A stretch of DNA of 64,000 nucleotides, taken from assembly GCF_006345805.1 (NCBI RefSeq), contig NC_043005.1, positions 60,760,001 through 60,824,000 of the forward strand, given 5' to 3'. Of the stretch, positions 11,985 through 26,039 are shown piece by piece. The position numbers and the translations under genes were made by a program. This DNA comes from Octopus sinensis (taxonomy: Eukaryota). Within the stretch, counting starts at the first letter, position 1, and every line of letters begins with the position of its first letter. The notes beneath the pieces are model-generated. The model was not told the DNA's origin. It saw only the letters and a list, made by a program, of their open reading frames with translations, and made no database searches.

Positions 11985-14149
11985 TTGTATGTTCGTATGT
12001 GTGTATGTATTCATCTATATTTATCTGTATCTATGTACACACACATATATATATATATGCATGTAAATATGCATTTATATTTTCATGTAATGCATGTAAT
12101 ATGCATGAATACGCTCATAGATATAGACAGGCTAAATGAACATACGTACATACGTTTATATACTCATTCATACTTATATATACTATGCACATAGACATAC
12201 GCGCGCGTGTGTGTATGTGTTTGTCTGTGTCTTTCTCTGTGCTTATCAGTATGTAAGTATATATGTATATACATTTATACACAATTTCTTTTACATTCAT
12301 ATTTATTTATTTTTAAATAGAAATAGTGATATTAGAGGTGTCTTGTGAAAAGACAACATTTGCTAATTAGAAATTTGCCCTGAGAGATAAGGCATCATTT
12401 TCACTGTTAATTTATTAATTTACTTTAACAATTCTTTTTGTAATGCAAAAAGAAAATTATGCTCGAAGGTAAATTGGCAACATAAATTTATATTTCGTAA
12501 ATGTAGAAATATATCATATTTATTAATCATTTATTTGGAAAGAAAAATAAGTCACATTTTTCTTTGTAATTTTATAAATAACAAATCAATAATTTATTAT
12601 TTATAGCTGTAAGAAAATATTGCAATTAATCTTATTTTGTGATAATGCATAATTTGAGATATATAAGATTAATGAAAATTGAAAGTTCAACGAAGAAAAT
12701 AGGTTAGAATACGTCGCAAAAGTTACTTCAAACTAAAATCAACTGATCTCGGCAGATATAGTAGTATTGTATAAATCAGACATACGTCTGAAATTATGAT
12801 AATTAAATATGCATCTTCAATAAACAATGAGATTTCCTACCGAACCACACAGAATTCGCAGAAAGTGTGTTATGTAATATTCACTCTATATTGTATAAAT
12901 TGCATGCATGATTCATATAAATACAACAGGAGGTAATATAGAAAATGTTGCTGCGCCAGGATGATTTGACTGATTAATTTTACATATTTTCATTTCACAT
13001 TACTTTAGTCAACTCAGCTGAAAATGTGTTCCAGCAAAATAAATAGCTAGTCGTTAACCTACGACACAGACCCGTCTAGTTCATTCGCGAATACCAGAAT
13101 AAGTAGTCGTGTAATATGTTTATAGGTTCGTGATAAATGTATTTTAATTATTACTGCTAGGCAAGAAAGGGGAAATGACAAGAGTTAATTTAAAGTAAAG
13201 CATAGAATAGAGTGACGAGTTTTGATTTTCAAGAACGAATGTTACAATCCGATTAGATGTCATCAGCAAAACTATCAAATGGTTACGATTACAAAATGTA
13301 TATATGAATAATAGCGGAGAATTCTAAGAATGAATGAAATCATAAAAGCTATCTGGCGAAAGATGTAAAATAATTGTTGGAATTTCAATACAATGGGTCG
13401 AAGAAATATTACTAAATCGAGATTGTGCTAATTCAAGTAAATGTGTGAATCGGACTCGGTCCGGGTGTGAATATTGAATTCAAAGTCGATATTAAACATG
13501 CGCATTTCAAATATGTTATGTACTTGTTATATGGTATCATTTTTCTATAGTAGTGACACCAGATTACAATCAATAGTTGGATTGATTATTTATGTGTGTG
13601 CGCGTGTGCGTTCGTGTGTATGGATGTGTGTGTAAGTGTTGTGAGTATGTCTGTAGGTATGTGTGCGTGTATCCTTGTGTCTGTGCATGTAAATATGTTG
13701 GGTGGCTGCTGAAGAGTTCATTTTGCAAGCCATCATATGATGTTTCTGTCTGAGGAAACCCCCGCACCAACAAAGACCCGCTTACAGTAGCTGAGACTGG
13801 TAAGAGTGAAGGAGAAAGTTATCAGAAACAGGATACCTGGCGCAAATAATCTCCAACGACAGGAACAGAAATTTCCATAGAACATGTATTGAACTTGTCT
13901 CAATGCAACAGTTCAGAAGCTGTGTGACCTTGGGAGAGTAAGCATGTGTGCATGTCAGCTAATGTTGAAAAACACACCTTTGCGGAGATTACTTCTCTAA
14001 ATAGATGAGTTATTAATTGTTTGATCGTTCAGGAATATGGTCATAACATATTGCATTTTATTAAAATAATACATAAATACTTCGTTAGAGATAGAAACAA
14101 ATGAATATAATTCATAAGATCTATTGCAGTGACGTTTGTTTGTTAAATT

Positions 14150-15115
14150 ATTTAACGGTACCTTATGGCACATGTTTTACACAGTACAACATGTGCTTTT
14201 TCCTATATTTTGAGTGTTTTCATTGAAACATGGATTTTCAACAATGGAAGCATAGTTTTCTCTTAATATACGTGTTATTACCTCCGCCAAGGATGTTATT
14301 ATTATGCCATTGTTGGTTTGTTCGTCTGACTGTGTGTTTGTTTGTTTGTTAGCAACATAACTCTGAAAGTTATGAATGGATTTTGATGAACTTTTCAGGC
14401 AATGCTCAAAATATGACACGAAACACATGCTTAGATTTTGGAGGCGATCCGGTGTAAATCAAACAATAGGGGTGACGAAGGGCATACTGCTTGGCAGAGG
14501 TCTGCACTTTCCGAGTGCTAAAGTTTCTAGTTTTTCGCTATTGTGCATTTTTTCATGAAACGTGAACTGTCTTCGAATGAAATTTTGAGTATTCTTGAAG
14601 AGGAAGATGACGGCTCATATGATATTTTCATTGAACCCCACGGAGGCTACGGATCTGACAGCTGAGGATTCGGAGAAAGAAGATGAAACTGACACCGGTC
14701 AACACACTCATCATCTCTCAGGCAGTCACCTTCACGTCCCAGTAGAATTGCAATCACGAAGTACGAAAACAAAAGATAACGACGTGAGGCAGAAAGAAAG
14801 TTCTGCTGAAGATAGACAGGCATCAGGTGCGAGTAACAAATGAGAAAAAAACAAATTACCTAGAAAAAGGCCCAAATACTAGTGATGCCCTCCATTTTCC
14901 CTGAATGTGTAACTATTCAAAACACAGGGATTTTAGTGAAGTGGAATTATTTGAGCTATTCTATGAAAGAAATGACAAAATATTGCTTGAAAAAGAACAG
15001 GACTGATATAAATAAATCCTTGCAATTCTCATAGTTTCAGGATTATAAGCTATCAGTTGTACTTTTGTACCCTTATTATCCTAGCGGTGCCATATTGAAC
15101 CTGGGTTTATTTAAG
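14150..15115 (+). mobile_element. piggyBac (PGBD2/3-like) transposon remnant, internally deleted
   Basis: From ATG 14555, with one frameshift and stops: MKRELSSNEILSILEEE...DIFIEPPEATDLTAEDSEKED...HLSGSHL...FP*..YSK.RDFSEVELFELF...ILAILIVSG. Imperfect inverted 15-mers at 14157-14171 and 15087-15101. Confidence 0.7.
14275..14532 (+). mobile_element. Helentron-associated non-autonomous element (HINE/DINE-1-like)
   Basis: Subterminal IRs cctccgccaagg (14281) and cttggcagagg (14490-14500), internal (GTTT)n, 3' hairpin gcact-ttccg-agtgc (14504-14518), TT-rich ends. Confidence 0.75.
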
Positions 15116-16521
15116 AATGTATTTTGAATTTTATATTTCTGGCTTCAAATCAATGTAACTGGTGTGTAAACTAACCCTTAAACAAAGTTTCAGCAATAGC
15201 TGAAGTAAAAAGCTATACTCGCAACAAATGGCTTAAACACCTGTTCTCTCAATATTTCTAGATATATTAGATATATGCATGCATGCACAGTCGTTATTAG
15301 TCATAGATATAGAGTATATAATATTTCTATATAAACCCACACACATATATACACGCTACTGGTTCTATTCTCTAGATATATACGTAAATATATAAATAAT
15401 TAATCATTTATAAATTTATTTAATAAAGCAATAAATATATATTACCTGAACTCTGACAGAATATATTTAGTAGATACTTGGATATAATTTTGGATTACAA
15501 TACTATATTTTCAAGTGTAATATAATAATGATTAAAAATACTATGTATAACATATATAGAATCTACTACGAAGTAGTGTAACCACAATCCTTACATAATT
15601 AGAATTGAATTTATATAAATATTCAATTAAACTTCTAATTGATATTTTTATCTAATAAAACTCTCTATAGATTATTTAGTAGTTTTTTTAGGTAAACACA
15701 AATTAATGATATAATACGCATAATCTATATCACAGAGCCACGTAATACACAATTCTTTCATTATCTTTCACGTACACTTAAAAAATAAAATAAAATAATA
15801 ATAAATCAGTCCGAATTTTTTATTACATTGATAAATTTTAATTTCTATTACAAATTCAAAAACTAAGGATTACAATCTTTTTAGTTTTATTTCTTTGCTA
15901 TATTAAATTATAGAATCACATATATATATATAAGTATATTTTCACATATATAAAAACAAATACACTCATACGCAAGGACATATAGCCATAATATACACAA
16001 ACACATATACATACGCTAATAATGTATATATATATATGAAATTATGCATTTGTTAGCGGGTATACAATTCAAATTTGACTACAAATTATTATACATAAAT
16101 AAATGAATTTGATTTAATAAGATTTTATGGCTACCGACATATATATATATATATATATATAATATATATATATTGTTAAGCGAATATATTCAATGAGAAT
16201 GCAGTATACTGAACTTCGTGTAAGTCCTCTTCGTAGGGAAATGTCTAAAACCGTAAGTTAGTTAGACATTTAATAAGAGAGATTATGTATTATAAAATAA
16301 GAGTAGGAAAAATTACATCAAACAATCATCACAGAGATATACGCCCAGAATGATATTGTATTAATATATATATATATATAAAGTATGATTTTTTCAAAGG
16401 TTTAAAAAGTTTTTAAACAATCATAGTCATATATTTATATATATAACTATTTATACAATATTATTTTGGGCGCATAACTTCTGTGATGATTTTTGATGTA
16501 ATTTTGTTTTCCTGCTCTTAC

Positions 16522-16524
<3 letters not shown>

Positions 16525-16616
<92 letters not shown>

Positions 16617-16700
16617 CATTTTATTATTATTATATTATTATTATTTATTATTATTATTATCATTATTATTATTATTATTATTTTTATTTTTATTATATAT
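16525..16700 (+). repeat. (ATT)n microsatellite
   Basis: Read directly. Confidence 0.95.
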
Positions 16701-17833
16701 CATTGCTTTTCTTTCATTCATATTGTGTCTCCATTTATATATTTAAATTGTGAATAGTGAATACAGAAATACACAATACTTTTCACACGTAAAGGCAATT
16801 AATCATTTAGTTAAATATATAGAGACTGTACTATTTTGGGAGTAGTGATAATTTTTCGATATTGATATCTAACGGTAATTCGTGACGCTAAACTTTCGTA
16901 GCGAAGAAGCCTAGTTAAATAAAATACAATGTGTATATCACCTGTAGCAATTTAATCAAACGGAAAAATGAAAGACTAAAGGACAAAAGGTAAATATATC
17001 ATAAAGGTATTTAGAAAGATACTCGGAAGTTTGTACTAATTATTTACATTTTTGTAGTTCTTTGCAAAATTGTCAAATACAGAGACGTGATTTACGCTGA
17101 CTTTTACTGGACCTCTCAATCTGATGCAAAGAATATAGAAGACCGATTCCCAGAACATAAATCTGATCACACTCTTTGTGATCTCATCACACAGGTGCTG
17201 TTAAAGCATGATATATGGTTTTAGGGGTGTATAACATCCGAGAAAATTAATAACCACTGCGACAGGTATCTACGGTGTCTATTTATGAGATCACATCAGA
17301 TAAAATCGTGCGTGTCCCACAGCAGTGATAGCCTACCTTCGCTATGAGGTACAGCTCAATGGAATTGAAGCCCTGAACCATCTTTTGTTGAAACAGACTT
17401 CTTGATATCACAGATACGCCTGTGCTTGTAGTTAGATAGAAGCTCATATCTTATGATGTTTGTATAACTAAAAGGCAGCGAGGATATTAGACAATCGTCT
17501 ACAGAATCTAGTAGAACAATGGACGTATCTGTTTTAAGTTATTGAGAAATTATTTACAACTTGTGTAGATTCTAACAATTATTTAACTTCAATGAATTAA
17601 CTAAGGTAGACTGACAAATGTAGTTTACCAAGTAAATGATAATGATGTTTGTGTAATTAAGACAACCAAACTTCAATGAAATTTATCACTTAGTTTTTTT
17701 TTTCATTTTCTCTGTTCCCTCATCTAGCTCTCATTTTTTGTTCACGCACTTACGCATACACATATATAGATGTCTATGTATACATGTATGTACGTACGAA
17801 TGTACTATGTGCGTCTATACACAATGTGTGTAC

Positions 17834-18035
<202 letters not shown>

Positions 18036-19690
18036 TAGTTGGTCTGAGAATAACAGTAGAACTAAATTATCAGTATTAAACTGCTCTGACGTGATGCTGG
18101 AACAAATTACAGGGAAACACTTCCCACATAGAAGGCCTAACTATTTATCGTCATACTAAATATAATTCGAATCAACCATCCTGTATAATCAATAACTTCG
18201 ACGGTGTTCTGTTGTGTCTGGGGAGAGTCATTTTCTTTTTTTGCCTTATAATTTAACACACTCACAGGTAAAACACACGAATTCACATAAAGAATCTTGC
18301 AAACCAAATCCAAAAACGAAATATTCGAGGGTATCATTAAAAAGGGAATTTCCAAACCTTTGACCGCTAAGGATACGTTACCATTCTATAACGAACCCCT
18401 GAATTCTAACGAATTTAATGAAGAGCTTCTGTAGGTGTTATTATCAGTACAGAAGTACACCAAATAAGAGAAAGCCAGAAAAAATATCGACAGCTTAAAC
18501 CTACTGTTAACCTTGAAAGTATTAACAAAAGTTGCAGTCACCTTCATAACACTAAGCGGTGATAAAATCTCAAGAGACACAAATATCACAAATAATTCTG
18601 CGGAGACAAAAGTCAAATACAACGAACAAAAGAAAAAAAAAGAATACACAGACCATCCAAATATACCGTATAGATAGTCATACGATTGTCAATAGTTATT
18701 TCCAAAACTAACTGTCTCCGGTGAATATGTATAATGTTATGTACCAACAAAATGTGTCGTAAATATTTTCAATATACCAAATAAATGTGGGTTTCTTATT
18801 TCTAAACCAATGGCATCCGTCATCTAGTGAATATTTCATCAAAAATATTTTAGAATTATTTCCTATCCCCATTCATGTTCAACTATAGGAATATTATTTA
18901 TTGTGCCTTTCCTTTGTTATTTTACGTCTTATGTTGTGCATGTGAAAAAAATTAAACCTCGGGATCTCCCTATGTTCTATTTTTTATTTGGCAGTTGGAA
19001 ATATGTTGGCGCGTGTTTTGAAGTTAATTCTGCCAGGAATATTGAGAACACTTAACTTTTTAAAAGTTTTAAATGTCTTAAGATAACCATTTCTTCTAAA
19101 TTTAAGAAATGAAGTAGAAGATCAAATGCTCTGAAGTACGTTAGCAGTAAAAAGAATCAATAACAATTAGAACTCAATGTTGTGACAACTTTTCGTGTTT
19201 TCTTCTCTGTACTGAGTTGTCCAATGTCCAATGCTTTGCGTTAGATAGCAATGCTAGTACCAGATGAGATATTCGTGTTATTTAGTGCTTATATTATTGC
19301 GTTTTTGCATGTCAAATAATGATTTTCTCTGTATATATCAGTGCCTTTCATTGTTTACATTAACATTCTTTCCTTTAGAATGTTTTTAATCCTTTGCTTT
19401 TCTGTTTTTATAAATATTAGGGTCATAATTGCTATGAACATTGTGGTTACATTTTTCAGCGCATTGCAAACCACTAGTAAACACTACAAAAGGGATGTTT
19501 GCGATAAATTGCATGTGTTCTAAAATGTCTTACGACGGACATTCATTTTTCATCTAAAGTAATAATTCCAATGTTTTGATGTCTTATGTTTGTAAATAGG
19601 ACAAACAACTTCATAGAATGATAAGGAGAAAAGTTTGCTTAGTGGATCTCTATGAAAACGTGTTGCCAAAATAAATAACAATAATCATGA

Positions 19691-19738
19691 TGATCCTCAG
19701 CATGCAAATTAACATTGATCCTCAGCATGCAAATTAAA
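19691..19738 (+). repeat. 25-bp tandem duplication, each unit carrying the ATGCAAAT octamer
   Basis: tgatcctcagcatgcaaattaa at 19691 and 19716. Confidence 0.9.
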
Positions 19739-20543
19739 CTATTTAGCGTTAAGTTTAGAAAGTAACAAAATACCGGTTTTGAATTTTTTACCTATGAATT
19801 TACCTTCGGACAGCTTAACCTTCGTGACTTCACTACCATAATATTTAAATTTCTCTTATGTGGATTGGCAAAAGTTAATAAGGATTTCTATATTTGAAAA
19901 TGCAGGGAACATCCTGAGTAACACAAATCGTGGAGGAATTTTGCAAAATGTTAGGGTAATGGAGAACTCTGATTTGACAAATTACCAACATAACTTTCTT
20001 AATCCCATTTTTCCATTACCCATAATGTTTGATGTCGTGTCATTTCATGGAAGAAACAGACTTATTTACTATATTTTACATTCTACAATCGCATCGTTTC
20101 TGTCACTTAGCCACAATCGACACTATTAGTTTTATATGATCTGTGTAAATCAACTTCATGGTACCTATCTCTCCACAACACATTGGTTTCTTAACCCGTA
20201 AAAATCGGACATTTGAAATTTGTGAAATGTAGTGATGAAACAGGCAATAGGACAAAATTCCTGGAAAAAATTATAGAAAGTTCCTTTACATTCTGTAAAA
20301 TCGCATGACAGCCTCTTGCCATAATGTGAATGTAGTGCAATGTATTATCCTCTTATAATTTACTGTTTGCTTAATGAAATTATATCAAAATGGTTGTATA
20401 TGATAATCTGTTGGACGATGGGGAATTTTTCTCTCTAACATAAAAGTGCGTCTCTTTACAGTTTGAATCTTTGCCACGCTAGTTTTGAGGTTTATCGTTC
20501 ATATGGAGACAAAAAAAATACTGGGGTAGAAGTAAGCACTTAC

Positions 20544-20618
20544 CTCACCCCCTTCAAGTAAGGCATATGCCTCAATTAATTTACAGTCTTTATATAAGAT
20601 ATTTATGTTAAAGTCTTC
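20544..20618 (-). CDS. Candidate 75-nt phase 0-0 exon (EDFNINILYKDCKLIEAYALLEGGE)
   Basis: ctgtctttgataactag acceptor and consensus GAG|GTAAGT donor. One open frame. No recognised homology. Confidence 0.3.
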
Positions 20619-21110
20619 CTAGTTATCAAAGACAGAATTCCCAGCTTAATGCACACGTCTAATATGCTGAAACTGTAACGGTTTACTAATTGATTGTTCT
20701 TGCATAAACTCCATACTGCTATCAGGGTTATCTTCTTTGGAAAAGATCTATCAAAGGAAATATTTGAAACACTCCTTTCTTCCACAAATTCAAATGAAGT
20801 ATTTGTAATGTGTATGACAGTGGACTTTTACAAAGAACATCGTTTTTTAAATGTGCTTTGATGTTGGCATATAATTATTATACAATTGTGTTCATGTCAA
20901 TACGGTGGCAGACGCGCCTATTGTTGTCGATTCCTATCGATTCAGATGCCATGTATAACAGTGGTGCCACTACTATTTTTGTTGCTGCTACTACTACTAC
21001 TGCTACTGCTGCTGCTGCTGCTGCTGTTGCTACATTATAGAATTGTGGCTAATAGATTGTCGAATCAATAGAGCAAAATGCCCGGAAGAATTAACATAGG
21101 GTTCCTTTAC

Positions 21111-21212
21111 ATTTTGTGCTCAAACCCATCAGTGATACCATCAATGCATTTCATGTCATCTTGATCGATATGATAATTATCAGCCATGTATTTGGGATCC
21201 ATTAAGACAATT
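21111..21212 (-). CDS. Candidate 102-nt phase 2-2 exon (IVLMDPKYMADNYHIDQDDMKCIDGITDGFEHK)
   Basis: attgatttttag acceptor, weak AT|GTAAAG donor, a single open frame. Could be repeat-derived. Confidence 0.22.
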
Positions 21213-21649
21213 CTAAAAATCAATATTGTCACAATGTTTAACTGGCGATGAAGTATAAAGAGTTATCTCACACTGAACCAAATCCATAATCCGCTTTCAA
21301 CTCCTGTTGAAATAGATGCTATTAGCTATTCCTCAGTGCTTAAAATGTGAACTCAATGAATGTCACGCAGTTTAATTCCAGTTCCTATAAATATATATTT
21401 GTCAAAACGATGAAAATCAATAAATTTGGTATTTAAATAATTGTGACTGAAATTGTTTATGTCTACTTTGTATGTATATTTCGTGATATCACATATATTA
21501 AAATGGATGATTCGGTATAATTTGTACATATATATATATTTCTTTTAGGAAAAAACATTACATTTTCAACATTTATTCGTACCCACTTTATTCAAAAGCA
21601 CTAAATTCGGCCAGTTTCGTTCTTATTTATATTTTTCAGGATATATGAC

Positions 21650-22001
21650 AGTGGCTGCGTGGTAAGTAGCTTGTTTCACACTGGGCAAGTATCATCTACT
21701 ATAGCCTCGGGCCGACCAAAGCTTTGTGAGTGGATTTAGTAGACGAAAACTGAAAGAAGCCCATCGAATATATATATGTATGTATATATATGTGTGTTTA
21801 TGTTTGTGTGTCTGTGTTTGTCTCCTCCAACATCGCTTGATAACCAATGCTGGTTCGGCAAAAGAGACCGATAGGATAAGTACTAGACTCACACAGAATA
21901 ATTATTCCTGGGGTCGATTTGCTCGACTAAAGGCGGTGCTCCAGCATGGCCGCAGTCAAATGACTGAAACAAGTAAAAGTAAAAGAGTAAAAGAGTAAGA
22001 G
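21650..22001 (+). mobile_element. SINE family A with internal microsatellite
   Basis: gtggctgcgtggtaagtagc head through aaggcggtgctccagcatggccgcagtcaaatgactgaaac and a (GTAAAA/GAGTAAAA) tail. Confidence 0.9.
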
Positions 22002-22249
22002 TGCCATAATCTTCTATATGGAATAAATCCAAAGTAAGGTTGTCTCTGAAAAGCTTATACACACCTGATGCCAACTATAACAGTTGAATTTAATGTTTTG
22101 AAACTGTATATACTAACGTAACGTTGGTACAGCTCTTTCAACCACAACAGCGATAATAAAATTTCTTGGCAGTCGATATAGTGAATCCGAGTTCCATACA
22201 AAACGCCAACCCACCAATTCGTTGTTTCTTATTCTATAAACTCAGTACA

Positions 22250-23002
22250 CGAGGTCTGATCAATAGGTATCCGGACTGTAGTCATAGTAACGAAACTGAA
22301 GCACACAGAGTGAAACCACTTGGCCTTCAACTATGCTGTGCATGCACATTAAGTTTTAACATTGTAGCTCACTTCTGCTCTTTACAGCAGTGCTTGGAAG
22401 GAACGTGTGTCGCGTATTATCGTCGCATTGACTATGACAGGGAATGTTGTCATGGCGATACCTGCTCAGAGTCCTACGCAAAATTGCAGAAACTGTACGG
22501 AGAGGTGTGTATGAGCCGCACACAAATGTACGAGTGGTTCATACGTTCCCAAGATATCGATATTGACGACCGTTCTTGGGAGACCCGCAACCAGCAGTCT
22601 ATTATCACTGAAGATTCGAGTATGACACGCGCGGCTGCGAGGTTTGTGCTAAGATTGCTTCCATCTGTCGAAAAAGACACTCGGCTTTCAGTTGCACAAG
22701 TTTTCCTGGATTCTGTCAAGAATGAAGAATTTTTTTTGAAAACTTTGCGTAGATCTTTGAGCAGATAACGCCAAGCTTTTTGTAAAATTTGATGCAGATT
22801 CTCTGCTCAACTTTCTCTGTCATGGTCAATGCGACAATCACTCGCTACGCACCTTCCTTCCAAATACAGTTGTTAAAAGGAAAAGTGAGCTAGAATGTTG
22901 AAACTCGGTATGCATGGGTCAATCTGTGCCAAGCGGTTTCACGCTGCATGCTTTAGCTTCGTTGCTACGGCAATAGTCCGGATATTTATTGATCAGACTA
23001 CT
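22250..23002 (+). mobile_element. Non-autonomous mariner derivative with about 185-bp TIRs
   Basis: TIRs at 22250-22436 and 22821-23002 (59/74 identical over the outer part, counted by hand). Interior encodes ESYAKLQKLYGEVCMSRTQMYEWF...AARFVLRLL (HTH plus WVPHEL-equivalent). No DD34D domain. Confidence 0.9.
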
Positions 23003-23597
23003 ATTTCTTTGTTTAAAGAGTTAACATAAGGCATGGCCTTACAAAATCTTTTCAAAATATATTTACACAGTTATATTTGTATGAATGCCTTTATATGTAT
23101 ATCGATTAGAACTACGTGTTTACAACCATACATTCATCCGATATTGTTATGAAGAAAAAAATGTCGAGGCAACAGTTATTAAATTATTATATTGTAAATA
23201 TGTAGAAAAATTTAGATTGAAAGAATTTCTAACAATTTCAGAAGCAACAACACACTGAAATAGCTAATCTTATTAAATCATTCTTAAAGAACATATACAG
23301 ATAATATTGTGCCTTTAACCCTAACGACCGACCATCGTACATCATTCTGTAAAGACATCTGAAGGAAAAGAAATAAAAACAAAATGCGTAACGATAAAAG
23401 AGTGACTATATTTAGTAAAAGATACAAAGAGTTCTTATCTTTTATTTAGAGATTATGAAAGTATTGAAGTTTGTAATATCGATAAATATGTATGACACCA
23501 CATCTAATAAAGTACGGAGTTTTCATAATTTTCCTTGCGTATATCTATTTCTCTCTCTTCTCTTCTTCACTACTCTCTCTTTTCTCTCTGTAAATAT

Positions 23598-23630
<33 letters not shown>

Positions 23631-23944
23631 TAATATATATATATATATATGTGTGTGTGTTGTGTGTGTGTGTGTGTTGTGTGTGTGTGTGTATAAGTGT
23701 GTGTGTATGTGCAGTATATAGATACCAACAAAAGACTTGATATATGTATGTATACAATCACACATACATGCATACAAAAGGATATGGTATATAATTGTTT
23801 ATCATTCGTTTGTTACTAGGTTAAGCAATGTGTTTATACTTATTAATTTTTTATGTACCCTATCGTACTTTCTCAGTAAGTTACGTTTATCCTTGAAGGA
23901 AGATATATATACTCACACTCGCACACACACACACATACATACAT

Positions 23945-23990
<46 letters not shown>

Positions 23991-23992
<2 letters not shown>

Positions 23993-24220
23993 CTTTACTA
24001 CCCACAAGGGGCTAAACACAGAGGGGACAAACAAGGACAGACAAAGGGATTAAGTCGATTACATCGACCCCAGTGCGTAACTGGTACTTAATTTATCGAC
24101 CCCGAAAAGATGAAAGGCAAAGTCGACCTGGGCAGAATTTGAACTCAGAACGCAACGACAGACGAAATACGGCTACGAATTTCGCCCGGCGTGCTAACGT
24201 TTCTGCCAGCTCGCCGCCTT
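23991..24220 (-). mobile_element. tRNA-headed SINE family B (Deu/Nin-domain-like core), near full length
   Basis: Minus strand aaggcggcgagctggcagaaacg head, gagttcaaattc B box, core gactttgcctttcatc.ttcggggtcgataaattaagtaccag, tail tgtgggtagtaaagaaa. Confidence 0.9.
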
Positions 24221-24577
24221 CAATATATATATATATAAGTTTTCCGCTTCTGATGATAATCTCAATAACCAAAAAATGTCAACGATACTTTTCGCAATTG
24301 ATCTCGGGGGGGGGGCATATTCTGTATTTTGTTTCATGTAATGAGATCACAAAGGACAGCATTATTCGCGGCGGGAAATTAGAATGTTTATATTGGGATA
24401 ATTTCATGATCTAAACTTCGCTACTCATTCGAGCACTCCAGCTTAATTTGTTGACAGTTAATCCTAGATGTCTTGCGGTACTTCATTCAACGAGGTTTTG
24501 TCCGAGAAGCGTGTGTATGGTAGCTAAAGTGAAGTCTGTTCAACGAATTCGATTAATTCAAATTTATTCTCTTTTAG

Positions 24578-24728
24578 ATGCGTATTGTGTTTTTCTACCT
24601 ATCGGATGACAGCAAGCAGATCATATACGAGATTTTTCCAGTACCCTACTTCGTCGACGATATTCAGAAGCTTACAATCAACCGGGAAGAATATAAGGTT
24701 GCTGTTTGATGACAAAGATGTTATGAAT
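24578..24728 (+). CDS. Candidate 151-nt exon with two protein-like frames
   Basis: aatttattctcttttag|ATG acceptor and AAT|GTAAGT donor. The phase-2 frame is open throughout (CVLCFSTYRM...LLFDDKDVMN). The phase-0 frame MRIVFFYLSDD...EEYKVAV* stops shortly before the donor. Confidence 0.45.
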
Positions 24729-24869
24729 GTAAGTATGAAAAAATATATCTTTACATTATGAATGTAAAGATGTTATGAATATAAATACTGAATAGGAGTG
24801 AACCCGATATTGTGTATGCGTGGGGGTGGATGTGTGTGTATGTATGTGTGCAATTTGTCTTCTATCTTT

Positions 24870-25050
24870 TAATTGTTTCACGTATTAGACTGCGGCCATC
24901 ATGGGGCACTGCCTTAAGTTTTACTCCACAAATTTGACCCGATGACTTATTTTTAGAAGTCTAATATTTATACTATCGAACCACTAGCTTATGAGGATGT
25001 AAAACAGCAAGACAGGCTAGCAGGTGGTGGTCAGGCACAGATATACACAA
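24870..25050 (-). mobile_element. Degenerate 3' half of SINE family A
   Basis: gactgcggccat..gggcactgcctt...tttgaccc...gacttattt motifs. Confidence 0.55.
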
Positions 25051-25054
25051 ACAT

Positions 25055-25922
<868 letters not shown>

Positions 25923-26039
25923 ATTTAATTACAGGTTATATTAACCTCGTGAAGGGTTGGTTGCCACCAAGGAAATACTTCTTCAATACCTAGTATTTTG
26001 GGGGAATGAAATTCCCTTAAAACTATAGGTATATATTCT

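Noticed and set aside
21120-21200. Resemblance of NYHIDQDDMKCIDGI to the aldo-keto reductase C-terminus DFELSxEDMxxIDxL
   Set aside because: Short, low-information match, and the upstream motif does not align. No gene symbol assigned.
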